DNA of 64,000 nucleotides from Azolla caroliniana (Eukaryota > Plantae > Polypodiophyta), in assembly GCA_043228905.1 (NCBI GenBank), contig JBHGNT010000004.1:24552001-24616000 (forward strand). Direction: 5' to 3'. The translations under genes and the position numbers were made by a program. The first letter of the stretch is position 1; each line of letters opens with the position of its first letter. Positions 47,888 through 60,372 of the stretch are shown here, piece after piece. Below the pieces are notes generated by a model. That model worked only from the letters and a program-made list of their open reading frames with translations. It was not told where the DNA came from and did no database searches.

Positions 47888-49930
47888 ATGGAAAATCAAC
47901 CAGAGGCTAGCAACATGATGATGATGTTCGAGCGCATGCTACAAGAACAACGCGCGATGTCGGAGATAGCGGCATCAGTGGAGCGGCTCATGCAACGAAA
48001 CGGGCAATTCAACGGGAAAGACGTGTCGCGGTATCTTCGGGACTACAAGGCGGAGATGCTACGGTGCGGAATATCGGAAGGACTGCAAGTGATGTCCTTC
48101 AACCGGGTGGCGACCGACGGGCTTCAAGCAAGCATCCATGGGCTACGACAGCAAAATCTGACATGGGAGGCGTTTGAAGAAGAGCTAAAGAGGACGTTCG
48201 CCATCGAGGATTCCTCCAAGGCGACGCGAAGGGGATTCGAAGATTGGGTGGAGACGCCGGACAAGGGATTGAAGGTCGTTGATGTGTTTTCGGCATTCGA
48301 AAGCCGGTTCGGGAGGTTGTCCGCGAGAGATCAAGCTATCCTTGTACCGAACAAGGTGATCATGTTCTTGCGAGCCGTGGACATCCGGGACCGGAAAGAT
48401 CTCGGAGTGCTCTTGGAGGACACGACCACGGAGAGTGGCCTCACCGAAACATGGGAAAGCGTGCGGGATATCGTCGCGCGATACATGAAGAGGGGGCATT
48501 GGCTTGCCAGCGAGGAAAAGAGGGTTTCGGAACCGATTCCGAAACCGAGAACCGGATTGGAAGACCATCAACCGAGGGCTCGGGAGACTACAACCGAGAA
48601 GGGGATTGATGCATCTACGGTGGAGCAACTATTGAAGGAGATGGAGAATCTGAGTATCGCGATGGTGAAGAAGTCGGATGACCGCCCCACAAGCTCCAAG
48701 TATACGGACCGACGGTGCATATGGTGCGATAGTGCCGAACACGATCGGAGGGATTGCGACGAGCATAAGGAGGCGCTACGGCGGGATCTCATCTACTACG
48801 AGGGAAACCGGATTCATTCGATGGACTCTCGGAAGCCACTCCGACCGAACTTCCGGAAAGGCGGCATGAAGAAGGTGCTCGAGGAGGAATTGGCGGCAAG
48901 AAGCAACTATGCGACAACCGCGGGAATATGTGTTGGGGAGTCATCGAGCGCAAAGACGTCTTTTTGGCCGGAAGTTCTAGAAAACATCGAGAAAACCGAC
49001 ACCAACGAGATCCGAAGTACCGCGGAAGGCGCCTGGGAAGCTACGGGATGGGAGTGCCCTGTCGACAAGAATAACGTATACGCCCTGTGTCAATTGCATG
49101 AGGTGTATGTGGACGAGAAACGACGACGCATGGAGGATGCGGCCGGGCCATCGAAGATACCGGAAAGCTGGAACTCCGGAGGTAAGGGAAAAGAAAAGGC
49201 GACTCCGGCATTCAAGCTCGCCTCGGACATAGAACAACAAACCGACTTGAAAAGAGTGTTCGAGGAAAGAATCTTGGATAGCCGGGTAGATTTCTTGCTT
49301 CGGGAGCTACTCAGAATAGCAAAGAAGGAGTTCCACGATCTTCTCGTGGATCTCGTGAAGCGAAAAAGACAAAGTACGGAGGAAAATGCTCCAAGGGTGA
49401 ATCCGAACACCATTTTAATGAACGACACCGAAGTGGAGGACGAAATTCCGAACTCCCACTATACAAGGCCACATTGGGCACGCGTGACTACGGAGACTCC
49501 GGTCCGAATCGGCAACATCAAAGAACCCATGCTAGCATTGATTGATCACGGATCGGAGATCAACTTGATGTCCAAGGAGTTCTACCGGAAGGGGAAGTGG
49601 CCTATTAACACCAACCATGGATGGAAGATTCGGGCGGCCACCAAAGCAACGGAAGATCTATTTGCGGCTTGTCCGAATGTGACGGTGAAGATCGGGGATG
49701 TCGAGATCGACCAAAATTTCTTCGTGCAAGATGAGGTTTCACATTCCGTCATCCTCGGCCAACCCTTTATCACGGCATCACGGATGGAGACGAAGGTGCT
49801 CGATAGCAGTGCGGCTTTTGCGCGAATTCGGAGCCAAAACGGTGGGAAATCCGTCCAATTCCTAACGGTGCCGGAAAATCACGAAAGGAACAAGAGGGAA
49901 CTCTTGTCCCAAGTGGGAATAGATTTTTAA
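47888..49930 (+). CDS. gag: Gag-protease (680 aa)
   Basis: CIWCDSAEHDRRDC zinc knuckle; protease motifs ALIDHGSEINLM and VILGQPF. Confidence 0.88.
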   Translation: MENQPEASNMMMMFERMLQEQRAMSEIAASVERLMQRNGQFNGKDVSRYLRDYKAEMLRCGISEGLQVMSFNRVATDGLQASIHGLRQQNLTWEAFEEELKRTFAIEDSSKATRRGFEDWVETPDKGLKVVDVFSAFESRFGRLSARDQAILVPNKVIMFLRAVDIRDRKDLGVLLEDTTTESGLTETWESVRDIVARYMKRGHWLASEEKRVSEPIPKPRTGLEDHQPRARETTTEKGIDASTVEQLLKEMENLSIAMVKKSDDRPTSSKYTDRRCIWCDSAEHDRRDCDEHKEALRRDLIYYEGNRIHSMDSRKPLRPNFRKGGMKKVLEEELAARSNYATTAGICVGESSSAKTSFWPEVLENIEKTDTNEIRSTAEGAWEATGWECPVDKNNVYALCQLHEVYVDEKRRRMEDAAGPSKIPESWNSGGKGKEKATPAFKLASDIEQQTDLKRVFEERILDSRVDFLLRELLRIAKKEFHDLLVDLVKRKRQSTEENAPRVNPNTILMNDTEVEDEIPNSHYTRPHWARVTTETPVRIGNIKEPMLALIDHGSEINLMSKEFYRKGKWPINTNHGWKIRAATKATEDLFAACPNVTVKIGDVEIDQNFFVQDEVSHSVILGQPFITASRMETKVLDSSAAFARIRSQNGGKSVQFLTVPENHERNKRELLSQVGIDF

Positions 49931-51906
49931 AGCGGACTATTGCGGAGTGGGGAAGTGATAGTTTGAGAAGCCCTGATACCCCACACAGCAAGAAAACTCT
50001 CGGAGCAAAACATGTACGAATCGGTCCGGATGGGGCATCTACGTACACGACCGTAACCGGAGGATTGAAGAAAGGATACCGACAAGTGGAGGATAAGTTG
50101 CGGTCGGCATCAATAATAAAAGAAGATGAAGAAATCGTGGGGATAGTCGAAGAAGTGTTCTATGAGAGCACGCTACAACGACTTGAAGAGCTTGCGGAAG
50201 ATAAAAGCCAAGGGAACCGGGTAGTCCCGGTGGAATCGGTCCAGATGTACGAGATCATTGCGAAAATGGAGCCGGATACGCTCCGCAAAGAAGAAGCAAT
50301 GGTAAGTACGAAATACAAGACCGTGGAGAAGAAGGTGAAACCGGCCGCAGGACCACTACCCGCCGATAGCGAACAAAAGAGGAAAGAAGTCTCGGGAGAT
50401 CCGACACTTCGGAAGTCCGTGGATATCGGGCATGCCTTCACGGATGAGACCCGAAAGAAACTTTGGATCGGTGGAGGTGGGTTCCTATTACAAAAAGAAG
50501 AAGAACGGTTTCGCGAGATGTTGGAGCAACACGGCAAAGCGTTTGCATTTACATCAAGGGAGATAGGGTGCGTCGATCCAAGAATAGTGGAGCCGATGGT
50601 GATCTTCACGATTGACCATGTACCGTGGAACCTGAAGCCGATTCCGGTGCCACAAGCACATATTCCGAAAGTCATTGACTTGCTCAAGGAGAAGGTGGCG
50701 ATAGGGATTCTAGAGCCATCAACTGCTCCGTACTCAAATCGATGGTTTACGGTTCCGAAGAAGAATGGGTCACTCCGATTTATCCATGACTTGCAACAGG
50801 TGAATAAGGTCACGATCCGGAACTCAGGAGTCGGTCCGATAGTGGACGAATTTGCGGAAGCTTTTGCCGGTCGTGCGATATACTCCATCGGAGACCTATA
50901 CTCGGGGTATGACCAATTCCAACTAGCCGTGGAGAGCCGAGACATCACAACCATGCGAACACCAATAGGATTAGTCCGAATGTGCACACTACCACAAGGA
51001 GCGACAAACTCGGTTGCTCATATGATGAACGCGATGAACAAGGTGATTCGAGACTGCATTCCGGAGATAACGATGCCGTTCCTCGATGACATTCCGATGA
51101 AAGGATGCGCGGTAGAGGAAAAAGATGAGACTATGGATGATCGGGGATGCCGGAAGTTCGTGGTCGACCATATTCATGATTGCGAGAAAGTGTTGCGAAA
51201 GCTAGAAGATGTGCACCTAACAGTTTCCGGGGAGAAATTGGCATTCGGGCAAGAAGAAATATTGGTGGTCAGACATCTATGTGGGCCCTACGGCCGAAGA
51301 CCGTCACCAACAAAGATCGATGCGATTCAAGCTATGGAGGAAGTATGTGAATCAACATCCGAAGTCCGAAGGTTTCTCAGTGCATGTGCATTCTATCACA
51401 TATGGATTCCGCACTATGCACATATAGCGGACCCGCTCTACCACTTGTTGCGGAAAGGTAAGAAATTCGAATGGAAACCGGAACACACCAAAGCCATGAA
51501 GAAATTGAAGAAGACACTTCGGAGGGCGGAAGCACTTAAGAAGCCGAGCTACGACCAATCGATCATAGTAACGGTTGATACAAGTCCAACCGGTATCGGG
51601 TGGGTCATAAATCAAGCCGACTCGGATGGTTCGCGGTATCCAATCCGATTCGGAGCAAAGGTTCTCAACGAAAGGCAACGTGGATATGCACAAGTCAAAA
51701 GAGAACTGTGGGGAGTCGTGTCGGCGATAAAATCGGATCGGGATTATTTGATCGGAGCCGAAGTGGTGATCGAGACGGATTGTCTTCCGATACTCGGGAT
51801 GATGCGGTGTTGTACGATACCGGATGTAGCTATGCTAAGGTGGGTTGCATATGTCAAGTCGCTTAATCCGGAGGTTCGACACATCTTGGGAAGGACAACG
51901 CGGTAG
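49921..51906 (+). CDS. pol: Pol (RT-RNase H) in the -1 frame relative to gag-PR; disrupted at ~51900
   Basis: WFTVPKKNGSLR, DLYSGYDQ, LPQGATNS, FLDD, VDTSPTGIG, ETDCLP; frame open from 49921. Confidence 0.85.
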   Translation, partial: RFLKRTIAEWGSDSLRSPDTPHSKKTLGAKHVRIGPDGASTYTTVTGGLKKGYRQVEDKLRSASIIKEDEEIVGIVEEVFYESTLQRLEELAEDKSQGNRVVPVESVQMYEIIAKMEPDTLRKEEAMVSTKYKTVEKKVKPAAGPLPADSEQKRKEVSGDPTLRKSVDIGHAFTDETRKKLWIGGGGFLLQKEEERFREMLEQHGKAFAFTSREIGCVDPRIVEPMVIFTIDHVPWNLKPIPVPQAHIPKVIDLLKEKVAIGILEPSTAPYSNRWFTVPKKNGSLRFIHDLQQVNKVTIRNSGVGPIVDEFAEAFAGRAIYSIGDLYSGYDQFQLAVESRDITTMRTPIGLVRMCTLPQGATNSVAHMMNAMNKVIRDCIPEITMPFLDDIPMKGCAVEEKDETMDDRGCRKFVVDHIHDCEKVLRKLEDVHLTVSGEKLAFGQEEILVVRHLCGPYGRRPSPTKIDAIQAMEEVCESTSEVRRFLSACAFYHIWIPHYAHIADPLYHLLRKGKKFEWKPEHTKAMKKLKKTLRRAEALKKPSYDQSIIVTVDTSPTGIGWVINQADSDGSRYPIRFGAKVLNERQRGYAQVKRELWGVVSAIKSDRDYLIGAEVVIETDCLPILGMMRCCTIPDVAMLRWVAYVKSLNPEVRHILGRTTR

Positions 51907-52099
51907 CGGATGTGTTATCAAGGGCTCGGTTCAGAGACGACATAACCGAATCGGATAATGAAGAAGTTTCCGAAGACTACTTCACGTCGGAGCACATATG
52001 CCGAGTGAACGTAATCCGAGAATTCCGGGAAGAAGAATACGAGGGAGAAAGCTTGATGATCAGAAAGATGTTACAAGAGGCCGAGGATTCAACAAACAG

Positions 52100-55000
52100 G
52101 ATAGCCCACAAACTCCACTCATGGATGTGGACCACTATTCCATCCCTGGAAATGACTAGATGTCTAAATGGTGAGTGCTCCCCACTCACGACCTGTTGTA
52201 CAAAGCACCAGGAACAACTGGCAATCTCCCACCCCATTCCATGAGTATGAAGAGTATAACATGGAACGCGCAAGGACTCAAAAGTAGACTAGACCAGCAA
52301 AATAGATGGAAACTGAGAAGCGATCTTGAAGGATATTTACTAGGGAGTGGTGCTGACATCATCATGTTGCAGGAACACCACCTCGATAGCACACAGTTAA
52401 AGGAAGTCGGAGACCTTCTACCAGGATCATGGCGAACGATTTGGGAGCTAGTAATTGGGGAGGGTGGAAATCATGGTGGTATTTGCACTTTGATTCGGGA
52501 ACATCTAGCCCAATGCTTAATAAACCAAGAATCACTTATCCCTGGTAGGGCACATTTTTGCACGTTGGCCATCCAAGGGCAACGATGGAACTTCATGAAT
52601 GTTTATGCTCCAAATAGCAGAACAGAAAGAGCAACATTCTGGGACCGCATCCGCCTACAAGTAGTGGGTGCGGAAGAGTGGTGCATTGGAGGGGATTTTA
52701 ATATGATCGAATCCATTCACGATAGCTCCAACAACAACCCCATAGTTCTACAAGGAAGGGAACATAAACAATGGGAGAAGCTATGTGTCCACCTTAACCT
52801 GCGAGACATCTAGCATTCTGCCAACTTCCAACGAAAAAGGGATTCTCTCCTATTCTCCCGATCAGACGGGCGGAATAGGGACCCACCCTATCTCGCATTG
52901 ATTGCATTTATGTGGGGGAGGCTCTAGAAGTGAAGGGAGGGTGGTGTCGCATAACTCCAGGCATGACTTTCTCTGACCATTACCCGGTAGCCGGTCATTT
53001 TCAATTGCACCGAAAATGGGGCCCATTCCAAACTCACATCCCACACACTATTTACACACTTATAGACGTGAAGGACCAACTATCCAACCAATGGTCATTA
53101 CCCATCAATGGCTCATCAGCATCAAACAAACTTTTAGCTAAATTAACAAGAGTTTCTACTCTCCAACATGAGATTGTCAAGACCAGAAGCAAGGATGCTC
53201 AGGAGAAGCAACAGAGGACAAAACGGGGATTAATAGCCTTATAACGACTCCAACAGAGATACTCGTCCTATATTTGGATCGCAGGATAGGTCACCACAGC
53301 CAAACAGGAACTTAGCATGGCGGAAAAGGAAATATATGACATGGAGTTTCATGGAAGCATGGCGCGATGGATTCGAGTAGGGGACAAAACCACAAATGAA
53401 TTCTTCTGCTCCAAAGGCCCGAGGCACACTAGAACTGTGATGCGCAGCCTCAATCGAGAGGATGGAATGACCACTAAGAATGGCGACGAAATGAGGAATA
53501 TTGCCACAAGGTATTATAGCCGCCTACTTACCGAAGACATTATAGCTACAGGGGAAGACATAAGAGATGATATTATCCTCCAAAGCATACCCGAGAAAGT
53601 CACGCCGGAAATGAATACTTGGCTCGTGCATCCCCTATCAATCATCGAGATATGGGAGGCCCTCACTAATTTAGATGTCGATAGCTGCCCCGGAATTGAT
53701 AGTCTCACCCCCGCACTTTTTCACATGCCTTTGGGGCACTATTAAAGAAGACCTCCTCCAGGCATATGAGGAGATCATCACCTCTGGAAGCATGCCGGAG
53801 GAATTTGGACAGGGGATGATACATTGCATTCCTAAAAGTGGCGGGAATGCCAACGACATTAGCAAGTGGCGGCCCATTACTCTTCTCAATACTATCTATA
53901 AGTTGCTCGCAAAAATCATGGCACGTCGTTTAACTCCACTTCTCCCTCAACTCATTCATCTATCGCAAACAGGTTTCATTAGAAATCAGAGTATCCTAGA
54001 CAACATCTTCTCATTCTGGGAAGCAGTAGCCCTTGCCAAGCGTACCAACAACAAGGTAGCGGTGGTGCTACTAGACTTTGAGAAAGCATATGACAGGGTA
54101 TGCTGGAACTTTCTAGAAAGTGTGATGAGGAAACTTGGCTTTCAAGAGACATGGATCAAAGGCATTACAGGATTTTATAGGAATGGTAGCAGTTGCGTTT
54201 CGCTGGCAGGTGAAAAGGGGCCCTTTTCCGAATATCCCGACCTGTACGGCAGGGATGCCCACTAGCTCCATCCTTATTTCTATTATACGCCGAAGCACTC
54301 CCTTGCTTTCTCAACTCACGGCATCTCAACCTACGTGGTCTTCCCGTACCTCATTCTCACCAAAGCATCCTGGATATAGAATTTGCGGATGACACAGCAA
54401 TCTACCTGCAAGGGGACTTGGAAAACCTCCAAAAGCTAGAAAGTGGGCTAGCTGTATTTTGCAAGAGATCCAACGCCATGATCAATTGGCACAAATCCTA
54501 CGCAATATAGCTCTCTTAGGAAACACATCCGGCGTGGCACCCCCACCCCGCTTTCAAATGGATCAATCAAGGAGCGAGCACCAAATATTTGGGTTTCCAA
54601 ATTGGTTTCAACATACCGTCAGAGACTATGATTGCACCTGTTATCCATTTCATTCGACAAAAGTTGATACATTGGAGCTCGAAAAAATTGTCGCTAGTGG
54701 GTCGCATCATAGTGGCAAATCAGGTACTACTCGCAACAGCATGGTACAGTCTCTCATGTTGGACAATCTCCAAGTATTCATCAGATTCAACGACTAGTCC
54801 GCAACTACATTTGGTCTGGTAAGGAAGACCAGGTAGCTCGCGCCAAGGTGGCGTGGCCTATACTCATAGCGCCTAAGTCGAGAGGGGGATTGGGTCTTAT
54901 TGATCCCCTTTCACAATCAAAAGCCTTACTTGCTAAATTTGTGGTGCAAGGACTCCAACCAAGAAATGATTGTTGGAAAATGCTACTGAGGTTACGTTTC

Positions 55001-56590
55001 GCTTACTTTAGGCCACGAAAAGGGGTCAATTGGGCCCCCCAAACGGGATGGATTCTAAACATGGATCTCAAACCTAGTTTCTCCCGCCAATTGGAGGATA
55101 GATTCAGTGCATCCATGTGGAAGGCATGGTGTGACATTCGTCGAGGGCTCAAGTGTGATCAACCAAGATCCGAACCTGCCTGGCTCAGTCAACGTATCCT
55201 ATGGAACCCATGTCTCAAGGATGAATCTAATCAACTACTAGGATCACGTAAGGGGTTGTCATGGGGATACATTGCAGAAGGTCCAGGAAAAAGTATAGAA
55301 TGTTAGCAACGGTTTTATGTCAATGCCACTACAAGATCAGGCGAACAGACTCCATGGAATCAGGGGCGGATGGACTATGAGAACGGAAATCATTAACGCT
55401 CTACTAATTAGGGAATCTGCTACTCAAAGGATGACAATGGAGAAATGGATAGGCCACGAGGAGGAGGGATCTCTAATCCCGAGAGGTAGGGGACCACCAG
55501 ACAGACTCAAAGGCTCTGAATTGCGAGACACTGAGACACCAACACAGAATAACGCAATTCGAGTACTCGTGTATACTGGTCATAAATGGATTGTAGATCC
55601 TGATCCAATCAAAGTACAACCCGATTGGCATATATGTACTCATGAAAACACATGGCTATGTAAGGTCAGTTGGGACCCTTATGGACATGGTGTGATCCCT
55701 ACGCAGGGCAAGGAAGCAAACCCATCCCTTTCTTCCAATTCACAACTAGATTGGGTCGCCACATTCTAGCTGCTCAAGCGGCCCAAGAACCGGCTGCTGC
55801 GAAGGTCTGGCACACATTTCAAGTTCCTTCCACAATAATCACCAAGTTTTGGCAGAAAATCTGGAAACAACAACACGCGATGCATATTACCACGTTCCAA
55901 TGGCTATTAATACACAAGTCCCTACCGGTGGGAGCATGGCAACGTGGGAACCTTAGCTCTCCTAATTGTGTGGAGTGCCCACATGCAGTAGAATCCATAT
56001 GACACTCTCTGTAGGACTGCCCAACGTTCCATCGAATATGGCAGGGGGTTGGCCACTTGTTGTAATTATGCCAGGTGCAAGGCTCAATCAAGTGGGGAAA
56101 TATATGTTGGCTATCATGGCAAGCTGCAATTGGCAGATATGAGCATCAGGAGGAGGGGATGACTTTGGTGATAAAAGCACAAGTGGTCCTTTTCTCCTCA
56201 AGCGGCAATGTCCACTCCAGCCCTCTTAATGACAAATCTCAAGAGGTGTTGGAATTGGTCAGCCCAATAACCCTTTGGATTCTATGGAAACAACGATGTA
56301 GGCGAGTCTTCTCCAACCAAACCGCACATCCAACAAGGTTACTACGAGAGATATGGAGTGAAATTGTAGCCACTCTGAAGAGCCAATATGATGGCCTTAA
56401 GGGCAGCTATGAGGGAGTTGAAAGACAACGAATAGCCTTCATCCAACACTGGTCATCCTCTCCCTTTCTTGAGTTGGGAAGCATCCACATAAGATGGAAC
56501 TATCACGTCCCTTCAGGGATTTATACATAATCGTCTCATTTGTAAAACTTTATAACTAATGGAAGGAGTTTTTTTTTGGAAAAAAAAAAC
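52100..56590 (+). mobile_element. Decayed L1-clade LINE (ORF2 with many stops and frameshifts) with A-rich tail
   Basis: ITWNAQGL, LQEHH, NVYAPN, GGDFN, SDHYP (APE); WRPITLLN, LDFEKAYDRV, FADD (RT); GGLGL; zf-RVT-like end; poly-A at ~56580. Confidence 0.9.
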
Positions 56591-59500
56591 AAACAAATTA
56601 TGTATATCATAAACTAATTGATAGCCATAGGTATGTGTGAATTTTAGAAAATGCTAGTAAAGAATGCAGAATCGCAAGATCCAATAGGTGGTGGCAAAGT
56701 GTAGTACAACTAGGGTGGCAATCTCATATTCCTTTCAAATCTTATGTTGTGCTTGTTTTGCAAGTTTCAGAGGAACATACTTGACATTGATTTATCAATT
56801 GTACAATAACAAGGGTTATTTGGAAATTTATGTCTACAATGTGACCCTCTACAAGTAGAGGGTCAAAATCCTCATATCAATGGGTGTATGTTCATGGTAG
56901 GTACAAGAATTCCTTCTCCGCAGTTTGAGATATCTTTTTAGTATCTAAAATATTGGAGATTATGACATGGTTGGTGTATGTGGAATGGTTTTGTTTTTTT
57001 ATCCTCAAATATAGGCTTCAAAGACACGTTTGACAATAAGAAGGCATATTGATATCGCAGTTCTCCTTATTTGAGACTTCAAGGAGATTGATAGGATGAT
57101 TTAGGTATTTGTTTATTGGCAGTGCATCATGTCCATCGTTTGCAATGGCCTTTGCCTCATGGGTCTATATGGTCTATAGTACGTAAAATTGGTGTTCGTC
57201 TAGCATAACATTCGTTTTCCTACGTTGGAAAACGAATGTGAATGTTTTCTTTGTTTTTCCCATTTTTTAGGCTTATTTACCTCATAATAAATAGTTAATC
57301 CAAAAGTATGGTATTTATCATTCTTTGAGGGTGTTTTTCTTACGCGAATGCACGTATGGTACGTATGGTTCATACTATGATATGGTTCATAATGATGTAT
57401 CTAGAGACGAGGGATAGCAAGTACTCAATGGGTTAAGCACCTACTTCAAATAGGATGATAGGATAGGGTGCAATTAATAAAAGTGTATGCTTTACCATAT
57501 ATATATATATAGATATATATATATATATATATATAAGAGAGAGAGAGAGAGATTAGAATATTATAGAATAGATATTTTATCATCCATGATAATGCCAATT
57601 TTGACGTATGGGACCCAATCAACATATCATCTTGTATGTGACTTCTTCCTAAGAAAGGGATTACTAGTATGTAGTAAAAACTCTCGATGTGAAAATAATG
57701 CATAAACATGTGTTTACCCTTCTTGGTAGAAAGCTAAGTATGATGCTATGGAGTCTTATGTATGTGTGAAATAACAAACCAAACTTGACCTACGTAGTTG
57801 GGTTGATAGCAAATCTGACATTAGTTTTGGACAAGAGCTATTGGCAATCCAATAGGCCTTTCCCACGTTATTTAGGGATATACTCAAAATCAATATCAAG
57901 GTACGAAAGTGACTAATTTTGGTTGGATACTTTGATTCCCACTAGATTTGCGATCTTGAGGACTAGTCTAACTCCAAAAAAAATGTTTTTTTCACAACTA
58001 TCAATGGTATCTTCCTAAATAGGCAGGAAGGAGTTGAGTGTCTTGATTCCTCAATGGAAGTGGACATGAATTACGGATGTGGCTAGCTATGCAAGATATA
58101 AGGAGGCATGACTAAAGAAGCTCCTAGCTAAAATCATAATGCCAATTGCGGAGGCCATCGAAATAATGGCTAAAGTTGCATTACTATCACAAAAGAACAT
58201 GGTGTTCCCTCAACTTATTGACTTCATAGAAGAGGTAACAAAGAGAAAGTGTGACAAATTATGATATAGCAAAGATAAGAGTAAAAAATTGATTCTCCCT
58301 ATAACAAGAAGGTTCCATTATACAATTTATAGGATTACAAAATGTGGGGTTCATACCAAACAAATGAAATGAAAAACATATTCATTTGTGAATGGTGTTG
58401 GCATCCTCAAATAATAACATTGCAAATAATAGTCCACAAATGGGGTGAGATTTGAACCCATCACAAAATTTAGAGGAAAAAGCTATGGAGGAATAGGTCT
58501 GATGATAAAGGTGATCTCACACCTCCAATTTCAGTGTTGTGTTTGGAAGCTGAAGACATACATTAGAGTGTTTTTATTTTGGATAGGATGCAAGGCAAAA
58601 AGTTAAAGATGTGGAGCCATGAAAAAAGTGGGTAATTTTGCATAAGGTGTGAAAATGGTGTGTGATTTTGACATGTAAGAAAATATGTGTGTGCATTATA
58701 ATTTATGATAGAGCAAGAAAATAAGAGTGAGGTTTTAGGATGTGTTTGCATTGAATGCGGTAAAGTTCAATTCTCACAAGAAAGAGATCTCCTTAGCGTA
58801 GCAGGTTTCAATTGTATCAACTTGTTGCACACAATACTTCAATTTCGAAACTCCATTTAAAGCATGAGGCATTGCTATTTTGATATCTTGTTTTACTCAA
58901 AGTGGGTGCAAGAGTAGATAAAAGGGGAGAGAGAGTAAAGAGAACAAGTTAAAAGGTAAAAAGGTAAAGGGGAGGGAGGGAGGTTCATAGTTCTCTCTTT
59001 TAGATGAAATGTGATAATATTATGTTCAATCCTCATGTTGTCAAGCTATCCAAACTTTATGAATCATCCAAGTGTTCTTGAAATTAATGAATCGTATGGT
59101 GTTTTATGCTATTGAAACATAAAAAATTGCCGGGTTCCTTATTTCAATTTAAAGAGAAGTAGATAGAGTGGGTGGTGGAAAAGCCTCTTTTCTTCATGGA
59201 TAAAGCAACCTACCATAATACCATTTAATGCTTGAAAAGACAATCTGGAAAAGACAAAGAAACTACATATTTATGACTTGGGTATACATAGACATTCCAA
59301 GTTCCAACTATAAAGAGAAATAATAGAAGAAAGAACTCATATATCTTTGGCAAAGACAAAGAACTACATATAGCCTTTGTGATCCTTGCTGTTATGATTT
59401 GACATGTTGCCTCTACATTGTGCACACATATTACCTTTGACATGTTGCCTCTACATTGCGTATATTGCATGCAGCATACATATTGTTACCTTTTTTATTT

Positions 59501-60372
59501 CACTAACCCCTATGGACACGGACAAAGTATCAATTGTGTGGTTCATCAACAACACTTTAAACTATTTACCTAGTGGAGGACTTGCTGGGTAAGTCCATCG
59601 CCCCTTTTAGAAAAGGGATTACCAAAGACACCCAAGACACATTCACATTCAAAGTAAGATATTCATTTATTTTGTGCTTTTGTGTGCAAACCATCTTGTG
59701 TATGCTTTCATGATATTTTCATGGGGTTTTTTCACCACAATTTTGCAATGTCTTAACAAATGTGAATTACCCTGCATCCAAAAGTACACGCAAGTGATGG
59801 TTGTCCATAGCTTCCCAGAATCGACTTGTTTGTGTCAAGGTTCCACTAGGGAAACACATGAGAATAGAGTTTTTACATAGAGCTTGATAAAGCTGTGAGT
59901 TTAGTTGTGTGTGTAGCTTCATCCAAGACGTTAGTCGGGCGTTGCTTTGATGAAGGCACAAAGTGAATAGCTTCGTTGAAGATAAGGGTAAAAAGCATAG
60001 ATTTGTCAAAGGCAAGAATTCCATGAATATTCTATACAACAGCAATTTTCTAATGTTTGCAAATTAGGGTGGTCATGGATGACATTTTGAAATGAATCAA
60101 ATCCTTAGAAGCAATGAAAAAATTTATTGAATACCACGGTAAACAACCCATACAAGATTAGATAAATATTGGTAGATAGATCCAAATGAATGAATCAACT
60201 GTTTTCATTCATTCATTTTGATTGGTAACCTAACATTTTACACCAAAACATTCATCGATTAGAAAGCTAAAAATTCAAAGATCGAAAATCACAAGGACTC
60301 TTTCAGAATCACAAGGATCGGCAATCTGGCCACTCATTCGGATTGTATCGGATTAGATTCATGAGGGCATGC

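Larger units (their letters stand above)
47144..52090 (+). mobile_element. 3'-truncated Trp-primed Ty3/gypsy element: 5' LTR 47144-47847, PBS, gag-PR, RT-RNase H
   Basis: TGTCGT start; LTR end homologous to the TR-GAG LTR; PBS tggtgaacccgacgtg 47852-47867; integrase and 3' LTR missing. Confidence 0.92.

Noticed and set aside
57700-58760. Possible ancient gag remnant and an isolated B-box at ~58445
   Set aside because: Too degraded; no reading frame, LTR boundaries or matching A-box could be supported.
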